From an uncultured Erysipelotrichaceae bacterium (GTDB taxonomy: Bacteria; Bacillota_I; Bacilli_A; Erysipelotrichales; Erysipelotrichaceae): 64,000 nucleotides of DNA. The position numbers and the translations under genes are program-made. Of the stretch, positions 1 to 6,428 are shown one piece after another. The notes beneath the pieces are model-generated. The model had not been told where the DNA came from. It searched no databases and worked only from the letters and a program-made list of their open reading frames with translations. Location of the stretch: NCBI GenBank assembly GCA_937874965.1, contig CALNCD010000068.1:10886-74885 (forward strand), read 5' to 3'. Numbering within the stretch: position 1 is the first letter of the stretch; every line of letters starts with the position of its first letter.

Positions 1-235
1 TATCAATCATAACATCCACGATCTTGCTGTCCTTGTCCAATAGAACAATGGCATAGGTAGTATTTGCTTGAACCTGTCCATCACTTGCTTTCTTGTCCGC
101 TGTAGCAGCTACAGGGGCTTTTCCTTCAACCGTTGTGATGCTTGCGACACCAACTTTATAGGTCTTGGAACTGCTTCCTGAGCAACCAGAAAGCACCAGC
201 ATGATTCCTAGTAATGCGACTAGTAATTTTTTCAT
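1..235 (-). CDS. Putative lipoprotein, cut by the window edge (N-terminal 78 aa visible)
   Basis: ATG at 235-233 with AGGAGG about 11 nt upstream. Translation MKKLLVALLGIMLVLSGCSGSSSKTYKVGVASITTVEGKAPVAATADKK... has an L-S-G-C lipobox. The frame stays open to position 1; absent from the ORF track because there is no stop in the window. Confidence 0.75.
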   Translation of the reverse strand, partial: MKKLLVALLGIMLVLSGCSGSSSKTYKVGVASITTVEGKAPVAATADKKASDGQVQANTTYAIVLLDKDSKIVDVMID

Positions 236-266
236 TTAGTAAGTTTCCTCCTATTACTATAGCCTT

Positions 267-294
267 ATTATATAACTAATCCGATTAAAAACAA
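267..294 (-). promoter_or_regulatory. Candidate sigma-A promoter of the lipoprotein gene
   Basis: The minus strand reads TTGTTT (294-289), a 16-nt spacer, then TATAAT (272-267), about 30 nt upstream of the ATG at 235. Confidence 0.45.
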
Positions 295-363
295 TTCAAA
301 AACAGTGAAAACCCCTTATTGATGTGAATGCATTAACAAATTACTTTTAGATGACAAGTATTT

Positions 364-390
364 TTGTGAAAGATAATTCACAATTCACAA
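364..390. promoter_or_regulatory. Inverted repeat TTGTGAA-N6-TTCACAA followed by a tandem third TTCACAA half-site
   Basis: Read directly: ttgtgaa agataa ttcacaa ttcacaa. Rex/CRP-FNR-like half-sites with non-canonical spacing. Confidence 0.5.
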
Positions 391-468
391 AGATTGTAAG
401 CCTTTGCGCATTGCTTTTAACCCTGAAACAGAAATCCGGATTCCTGTCGTTGAATCCACTGAATCCAG

Positions 469-493
469 AAAAAAACACAGGACTTGTCCTGTG
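469..493 (-). terminator. Intrinsic terminator after msrA
   Basis: Minus strand: CACAGGAC-AA-GTCCTGTG stem followed by a T7 run, 10 nt after the msrA stop. Confidence 0.8.
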
Positions 494-502
494 CTCCGAT
501 GC

Positions 503-1009
503 CTAGTATCCATCCTTTTTTTCTGCAGGGCTGGCGAGATTCAAATCGATGTGGCAATACCCTCCTGGATTCTTCTTGAGGTATTCCTGATGATACTGCT
601 CAGCCGGATAATAACGATCCAGTTTCTCAACTTCAACGACAATCGGCTGTGAGTATGACTCTTGCTGCCTCGTGATTTCCTGTTCAATGATGATACGGTC
701 AGCCGGATTTGTATAGTAAATCCCTGTCCGATACTGGCTTCCGCGATCATTGCCTTGACGATTCAAAGAAGTCGGGTCAATAATACGGAAATAATGATCT
801 AAAATTGCCCCAAGGGATATGCGGTGTTCATCATAGATGACTTTAACAACTTCAGCATATCCCGTAGTCTGTGTGCAGACTTGCTGATACGTCGGGTTAT
901 CTGTTTGGCCTTGTGCATAGCCCACCTCCGTGGATTCAACACCAATCAATTGTTCATAATACGCTTCACTGCCCCAGAAACAGCCTGCGCCCAGCACGAT
1001 TTGCGCCAT
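503..1009 (-). CDS. msrA: Peptide-methionine (S)-S-oxide reductase MsrA
   Basis: 168-aa ORF with the N-terminal GAGCFWG catalytic motif and a conserved QYRTGIYY / YHQEYL core. Confidence 0.95.
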   Translation of the reverse strand: MAQIVLGAGCFWGSEAYYEQLIGVESTEVGYAQGQTDNPTYQQVCTQTTGYAEVVKVIYDEHRISLGAILDHYFRIIDPTSLNRQGNDRGSQYRTGIYYTNPADRIIIEQEITRQQESYSQPIVVEVEKLDRYYPAEQYHQEYLKKNPGGYCHIDLNLASPAEKKDGY

Positions 1010-1095
1010 GACTCATCACTCCTTTTTCCTTATTCTACCATACCTGTCAATCCATGAATCAATTTACATATTTCATGAATTAAAAACAACTTTAT

Positions 1096-1124
1096 TTGAC
1101 ATTTCATAAAATTAGTACTATATT
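1096..1124 (+). promoter_or_regulatory. Near-consensus sigma-A promoter
   Basis: TTGACA (1096-1101), 17-nt spacer, TATATT (1119-1124). Confidence 0.7.
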
Positions 1125-1135
1125 TTAAGTATAGA

Positions 1136-1162
1136 TTAGCACTCGATATAAATGAGTGCTAA
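1136..1162. promoter_or_regulatory. CIRCE element (HrcA operator), perfect consensus
   Basis: TTAGCACTC (1136-1144) - 9 nt - GAGTGCTAA (1154-1162). Lies between the -10 and the RBS/ATG of the 1172 gene. Confidence 0.85.
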
Positions 1163-1171
1163 GGAGGGTTT

Positions 1172-1705
1172 ATGAAACACACAAAAATTCATTGGTCAAA
1201 TCTCATTATCGGCATTCTCTTGATTATTCTGGGAGTTGCGACCTTGTCACAGCCTGCCGCAAACCTCTTGTCGTTATCGATTCTTTTCGGATTCGGTGCC
1301 TTCATCAAAGGATTCATTGATCTTTATGAAGCCTCGGTTTATCGGAAGGTAACAGGTCATCATCTTGGTTCCATGATTCTTGTGGGAATTCTGGATATCA
1401 TCATCGGTATTATTCTCTTGATGCAGCTGAACATCACTGCTGCGACGCTTCCTTATGTCTTCTCCATCTGGATGATCGTAGATTCTGTACTTTCGCTCTT
1501 CCGATATGATGTTCTGGATTCTGTCTCAACCGGTCATTATGTTCTCTCGATTATCGTCAGTATCCTGGGAATTGCTTTAGGTATTCTGCTGTTCTTGAAT
1601 CCGGTGATTGCTGCACTCTCACTGGCCATCTTGATCAGTTTGTATTTCCTGATGTTCGGATGCTTCAATATCTATCTTGCATTCACTCAGCACCGTTATC
1701 TTTAA
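1172..1705 (+). CDS. HdeD/DUF308-family multi-pass membrane protein
   Basis: 177 aa, six hydrophobic segments, repeated short GxxxIxxG-type modules typical of DUF308. AGGAGGG RBS 5 nt upstream. Confidence 0.75.
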   Translation: MKHTKIHWSNLIIGILLIILGVATLSQPAANLLSLSILFGFGAFIKGFIDLYEASVYRKVTGHHLGSMILVGILDIIIGIILLMQLNITAATLPYVFSIWMIVDSVLSLFRYDVLDSVSTGHYVLSIIVSILGIALGILLFLNPVIAALSLAILISLYFLMFGCFNIYLAFTQHRYL

Positions 1706-1715
1706 ACAGTAAACC

Positions 1716-1754
1716 GAACCTCCCTGCTTGGACAACAATAGGGAGGTTCTTTTT
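1716..1754 (+). terminator. Intrinsic terminator
   Basis: GAACCTCCCT ... AGGGAGGTTC 10-bp stem followed by TTTTT. Confidence 0.8.
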
Positions 1755-1869
1755 AGACTGAAGAAACGGAAATTGTGAAATGCTATCGCCCTGCTTTTTC
1801 AGGATCTCTGCTTATCGTGTCACTGTTCTGTCTTGCTTGATTGAACCCTCAGCTGAACTGAAGCAATTC

Positions 1870-2439
1870 TTAATGCTGGCGCTGATGCAGCATCGCTTTC
1901 TCGATTGCCTGGGTATACTGCTGATCCATAAGCCACGACAGGCGTTCAATAATGGCCTCGCTGGGCTGTTTAACACCACTGAAGATCCAATCGACAACAA
2001 TGCCGGAAAACGCATGGCAATAGAAATTAATAATAAATTCCGCATCCTCAGCCTCAATGGCCTGTGCTTGGGGAATTTCATAGAAAACCCGGCTGAGCAG
2101 CCCATAAATCGTTGTATAGAAAAGCCGTGTAAATTGATTCCGTTGCAAGGAATTGAGGGTATTCAGACAGAATGCATAATTATCATAGACATAGTCCAGA
2201 ATCACCTTGAAGCTTTCCTTCCAGGTTGTATAGTCTACATCAGTCTTGATCGGGTTTAGGAAATCATCTTCATAAACCCATTCCAGAAGAGCATAGATAT
2301 CTTGAAAGTGATAGTAAAACGTCTGCCGCGTCATCCCGCAGCTTTCGACAAGCTCTGTAACGGTGATCTGATCGACCGACTTGCTTTTCATCATCGTCTT
2401 TAACGACTGTGCTAGTGCTCTTTTCGTAGAAACTGACAT
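1870..2439 (-). CDS. TetR/AcrR-family transcriptional regulator (DhaS-like C-terminal domain)
   Basis: 189 aa. The N-terminal HTH ITVTELVESCGMTRQTFYYHFQDIYALLEW is typical of TetR-family proteins. Confidence 0.85.
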   Translation of the reverse strand: MSVSTKRALAQSLKTMMKSKSVDQITVTELVESCGMTRQTFYYHFQDIYALLEWVYEDDFLNPIKTDVDYTTWKESFKVILDYVYDNYAFCLNTLNSLQRNQFTRLFYTTIYGLLSRVFYEIPQAQAIEAEDAEFIINFYCHAFSGIVVDWIFSGVKQPSEAIIERLSWLMDQQYTQAIEKAMLHQRQH

Positions 2440-2565
2440 GAAAGACTCCTTTGTTCTATTTTAAAGCATTGATCGGGGGTTTTTCAATCCATTTATTAGC
2501 CGTTCTCGGACATTATGAGACAGCATGAATCAACTTGCTTGCGCTTATGAAGGAAGCCTCTCCCA

Positions 2566-3231
2566 TCACCCTTCATGATAGGGTCTTACAGCCCTGATTG
2601 ACGCCTGCACATTCCTGTACACCAGGGAACTGCTTAAGCCGATAGACAAGCCTAATACCCATCCATCCAGGACATCGGATGGCCAATGAACACCAAGGTA
2701 TATCCGGCTGATACCAACGATGACTGGAACGAGGATGCAGCAACTTTGCAGGAGACGCTTGATGAACTTATCCATCGTCTTTTCCTCGATGATGGGGATA
2801 ATTGCAGTATAAACGGCGCCGGCAATCATTGTATGTCCGCTAGGGAAAGAATACCCGCTTTCGCTGATGAGCTGAAGGATTGCAGGACGGGGCTCCTGGA
2901 TAAGATTTTTCAGAACAACATTCAGCAGTCCAGCACACAACAGCGTATAGATCATCCGGAACTTGATACCGGTCTTGGCGTTGCGGTTCAAAACCAGCAA
3001 AGCAAGGACGATGCTTCCGATAAACCATGCTGAGCCCACGTCAGTTAACCTCATCATTATCGATGTTGTGGAATCCGAAACAAAAGAACTGATCCACTGG
3101 TAGACGACATCATCAACCGGCTGGAACCCATGGCATTTCTTTAGGATAACCATACCGATAAAGACAAGGATCAGTCCTGAAATGATTGCAGCTTGATATT
3201 TATTAGGCTTCGTTTGGTCATCATTCATCAC
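2566..3231 (-). CDS. PAP2-family phosphatase (undecaprenyl-diphosphatase-like membrane protein)
   Basis: 221 aa with PAP2 motifs KxxxxxxRP (KNLIQEPRP), PSGHT and SRIYLGVHWPSDV. Confidence 0.85.
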   Translation of the reverse strand: MMNDDQTKPNKYQAAIISGLILVFIGMVILKKCHGFQPVDDVVYQWISSFVSDSTTSIMMRLTDVGSAWFIGSIVLALLVLNRNAKTGIKFRMIYTLLCAGLLNVVLKNLIQEPRPAILQLISESGYSFPSGHTMIAGAVYTAIIPIIEEKTMDKFIKRLLQSCCILVPVIVGISRIYLGVHWPSDVLDGWVLGLSIGLSSSLVYRNVQASIRAVRPYHEG

Positions 3232-3457
3232 ATGTCCTCCATCCTGAAATAATACTTGAATCAGCAGAGGAATTCATGGGGCTTGAATTAGAAGATGATA
3301 AGGAAACTATAATTGTGAATACCAGGAGCATCCCGCTGCTTCCTGATTCTTTTGACAGGTTCACTGTTTTGTCAGTTTTTTTAACATATCGCTGATTCTG
3401 TCAGTTTCATCATCTTGTGAAACATTCTAGGATAAGAGTATCACAAGGAGGTTATGT

Positions 3458-5224
3458 ATGTATTACAGCAATGGAAACTATGAAGCTTTTGCTTCTGTAA
3501 AGAAAACAGGTGAAATGGATGAGCGCAAAGCGTACTTGATCGGATCGGGTCTGGCATCGCTGGCGGCAGCCGCCTTCCTGGTTCGGGATACCTCGATCAA
3601 TCCGCATAATATCACTATCATTGAAGAAATGAGCATCGCTGGCGGAAGTCTTGACGGCATCCTGCAGGATAACAAAGGCTTTATCATCCGGGGTGGCCGG
3701 GAGATGGAGAATCACTTCGAATGCTTATGGGATCTATACCGCAGCATTCCTTCTCTTGAAGTCGATGGTTCTGTTCTGGATGAATTCTACTGGCTCAATA
3801 AGGAGGATCCTAACTTTTCCCTGCAGCGGGCAACACTGAAACAGGGAATGGATGCGAAAACCAACGGAACATTTACGCTTTCGCAGACTGCCTCAGAAGA
3901 ATTGATCAAGCTGTTCTTTACACCTGAAGATAAGCTGGATGATTTAACGATTTCCGATGTTTTCAGCGAAGACTTCTTCGCATCGAATTTCTGGCTGTAC
4001 TGGCAGACGATGTTTGCCTTCGAAACCTGGCACAGTGCAACGGAAATGAGACGATATCTCTCCCGGTTCATTCATCATATCGGCGGACTGCCTGACTTTT
4101 CTGCCTTGAAGTTCACCAAGTACAATCAGTATGAGTCATTGGTCTTGCCTTTGAAGAAATACCTTCAGGATAAGGGCGTTCAGTTTATGTTCTCAACCGA
4201 AGTCCTGAATGTTCTCTTTGATGTTCAGCCAACCCAGACTGTCGCAACCAAACTCATCTGTCAGGGTGCTGAGAAGCTCTTCAGCATAGAACTGCGCCAC
4301 GAAGATCTCGTCTTCATTACCAACGGCAGCAATACTGATGCTTCATCCATCGGGGATCACAAGACTGCAGCCGTGCTGGATGGAACGGATGCGAAAAGCT
4401 ACGCACTCTGGTCAAAAATCGCTGCTCAGGATAGCCGATTCGGACGTCCGGATAAATTCTTCGGGGATATCAAGCGCAGCAATTGGGAATCTGCAACCCT
4501 GACTACTCTGGATGATAAAATCTTGCCTTATCTTGAAAAGATCTGCAAGCGTGATCCATTGAGCGGCAAAGTTGTAACAGGAGGAATCGTCAGTGTCAAG
4601 GATTCCAGCTGGTTCTTGAGCTGGACAATCAATCGCCAGCCTCATTTCAAAGCTCAGCCCGCTCAGCAGGTTGTCGTATGGATCTATGGACTGTTCAGCG
4701 ATATCAAAGGGGACTATATCAAGAAACCGATGGTGGAATGCACAGGAGAGGAAATTGCCGCTGAATGGCTCTATCACTTAGGTGTTCCTGTTTCAGAAAT
4801 TGATGGACTGGCAGCAACCAGCACCAACTGTATTCCGGTGATGATGCCTTATGTTACGGCCTATTTTATGCCGCGATCAAAGGGAGACCGACCAGCTGTT
4901 GTTCCTGAAGGAGTCGTCAATGCCGCCTTTATCGGCAACTTCGCGGAAACACCGCGAGATACCGTATTCACCACTGAATATTCAGTACGGACAGCAATGG
5001 AAGCCGTCTATACACTAATGGGTGTGGACCGTGGCGTTCCCGAAGTCTTTGCATCCGCGTATGATGTAAGAACCCTGCTGAATGCTACCTCAACCATGAT
5101 GGACGGCAAGCAACTGAGTGACCTCAAACTGAACTTTGCGCAGAGAACCGTCTTGAAGATTGCGGCCAAGAAGCTGAAAGGCACTGTTCTCGAAGACCTT
5201 CTCAAAACCTATCATCTTATCTGA
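3458..5224 (+). CDS. ohyA: Oleate hydratase (MCRA family, FAD-dependent)
   Basis: 588 aa starting MYYSNGNYEAFA, Rossmann motif YLIGSGLASLAAAAFLVRD, length and overall pattern of MCRA/oleate hydratases. GGAGG RBS. Confidence 0.9.
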   Translation: MYYSNGNYEAFASVKKTGEMDERKAYLIGSGLASLAAAAFLVRDTSINPHNITIIEEMSIAGGSLDGILQDNKGFIIRGGREMENHFECLWDLYRSIPSLEVDGSVLDEFYWLNKEDPNFSLQRATLKQGMDAKTNGTFTLSQTASEELIKLFFTPEDKLDDLTISDVFSEDFFASNFWLYWQTMFAFETWHSATEMRRYLSRFIHHIGGLPDFSALKFTKYNQYESLVLPLKKYLQDKGVQFMFSTEVLNVLFDVQPTQTVATKLICQGAEKLFSIELRHEDLVFITNGSNTDASSIGDHKTAAVLDGTDAKSYALWSKIAAQDSRFGRPDKFFGDIKRSNWESATLTTLDDKILPYLEKICKRDPLSGKVVTGGIVSVKDSSWFLSWTINRQPHFKAQPAQQVVVWIYGLFSDIKGDYIKKPMVECTGEEIAAEWLYHLGVPVSEIDGLAATSTNCIPVMMPYVTAYFMPRSKGDRPAVVPEGVVNAAFIGNFAETPRDTVFTTEYSVRTAMEAVYTLMGVDRGVPEVFASAYDVRTLLNATSTMMDGKQLSDLKLNFAQRTVLKIAAKKLKGTVLEDLLKTYHLI

Positions 5225-5240
5225 TGCAGACCGAATAGAC

Positions 5241-5265
5241 AAAAGCAGCCGACGCTGCTTTTTTT
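5241..5265. terminator. Bidirectional intrinsic terminator between convergent ohyA and the LPXTG gene
   Basis: AAAA-GCAGC-cgac-GCTGC-TTTTTTT. Confidence 0.75.
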
Positions 5266-5872
5266 AATGCTGTTTCCGGTCGATGTACTGATTCAGTGCC
5301 AAAATGACGAGCCCCGCGACAATGAGAACTGCTATTGCTTGTTCATTGATTCCTTGAACACCGGTATTCGGCAAGTCTTTTCCCCCGGTTTCGGGTAAAT
5401 CCCGGGTTCCTTCGATGGCTTTGAAAATGATTCTGAATTGAGTCAGCTGGTTTTGATAATCATTGGTCAATGCCGTAGGCAGACTGATCTGAAGGTGGTA
5501 GGTTTTTTCCTGATCAATCTGGAATAATCCCAGTGAAACCGATTCAGACATGGATGTTGATGTGAACAGAACCTTCTGGGCATCATCGGTAATCGTCATC
5601 ATCAGACCGTCCCAGAGTTTATTGTCTGCAGCACTGCAGGTCACAATCAGTTTGATCGGCTGCTGGGAACGGTTGGAGACCAGAAACGATTCCTGCAAGG
5701 CTTGTCCGGGAACCAGATCACTGGCATTGATCATGAATGGATCATGATTCAAGGTTAAGACAAAATCTTCAGCTCCCCCTTGATAGATCACTTGCGAATC
5801 AGCGGCATGAATAGGCAACAGTGCCATCATCAATAGAACGGCCGTCATCACAGCTTGATACCAACGTTTCAT
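5264..5872 (-). CDS. LPXTG cell-wall-anchored protein (last gene of the SipW operon)
   Basis: Start moved to the ATG at 5872 (GGAGGGA RBS; MKRWYQAVMTAVLLMMALLPIHAADS is a Sec signal peptide). The C-terminus is LPETGGKDLPNTG + hydrophobic helix + RKQH, a sortase sorting signal. Confidence 0.85.
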   Translation of the reverse strand: MKRWYQAVMTAVLLMMALLPIHAADSQVIYQGGAEDFVLTLNHDPFMINASDLVPGQALQESFLVSNRSQQPIKLIVTCSAADNKLWDGLMMTITDDAQKVLFTSTSMSESVSLGLFQIDQEKTYHLQISLPTALTNDYQNQLTQFRIIFKAIEGTRDLPETGGKDLPNTGVQGINEQAIAVLIVAGLVILALNQYIDRKQH

Positions 5873-5873
5873 T

Positions 5874-6428
5874 TTAATCCCTCCTCCCCAATCGGCCCTC
5901 GCCATCCACGCTGACATGAATCCATTTTGAACTGACCAGATCGGCTTGATCCCCCTGGATTGTACTGGACACCACATCTAATGCATAGTGATAGCCCCGT
6001 TGGGTTGGCGGTGTAAAGGATTCCAACAAGTCAGACGTTGTCTGTCCAGGAAGAAGGAGAGCTTTATAATAATAGAACCCATCACTGGCTAGAAACCAGC
6101 TGGATGTCTCATTTAATTCAATCTGCACCAAAGGTGCCGGTCCCGCAACCGAACAGGAGCTGATCACCGCAGATCCTTCCGTATCCGGACAGCTTAGCCA
6201 ATTGGCCGCCAGGACAACCCGAACATAGACCTCAACATTCCCTGTATTCTTGATGGAAACATGTTCCTTGGTTGTTCCGTCAAAGGATTCATGAATGGTC
6301 TGATCAACTTTCCCGGGAACAAACCGGTTTTCCAAGGAATCAGTCGTCTGCGAAAGATACGCCAAGGTAACACTGGAAATGGCTAGAATAACTGTCATGA
6401 AGGAAATCAACGCAAGTTTTAAGCGCAT
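5874..6428 (-). CDS. SipW-class signal peptide protein, TasA-like minor subunit candidate (184 aa)
   Basis: N-terminus MRLKLALISFMTVILAISSVTLAYLSQTTDSLENRFVPGKV has the SipW-cognate signal pattern. Its ATG shares a base with the TGA of the upstream VWA gene. Confidence 0.75.
   Translation of the reverse strand: MRLKLALISFMTVILAISSVTLAYLSQTTDSLENRFVPGKVDQTIHESFDGTTKEHVSIKNTGNVEVYVRVVLAANWLSCPDTEGSAVISSCSVAGPAPLVQIELNETSSWFLASDGFYYYKALLLPGQTTSDLLESFTPPTQRGYHYALDVVSSTIQGDQADLVSSKWIHVSVDGEGRLGRRD

Noticed and set aside
364-383. Assigning the TTGTGAA-N6-TTCACAA repeat specifically to Rex
   Set aside because: The spacer length differs from the Rex consensus as I recall it, and the site is far upstream of the promoter. 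It is reported only as an unassigned inverted repeat.
404-652. 82-aa plus-strand ORF spanning the msrA terminator and the msrA 3' end
   Set aside because: It runs antisense through a well-supported msrA and across a terminator hairpin, with no RBS. A shadow ORF.
1780-2259. 159-aa (+) and 97-aa (-) ORFs overlapping the TetR-family gene
   Set aside because: They are antisense or out-of-frame shadows of a gene with a clear HTH motif. No RBS and no recognisable motifs.
5873-5977. N-terminal 35-aa extension of the LPXTG ORF (ORF-track start 5977)
   Set aside because: The extension overlaps the upstream gene's 3' end and lacks an RBS. The internal ATG at 5872 has a GGAGGGA RBS and starts a proper Sec signal peptide.
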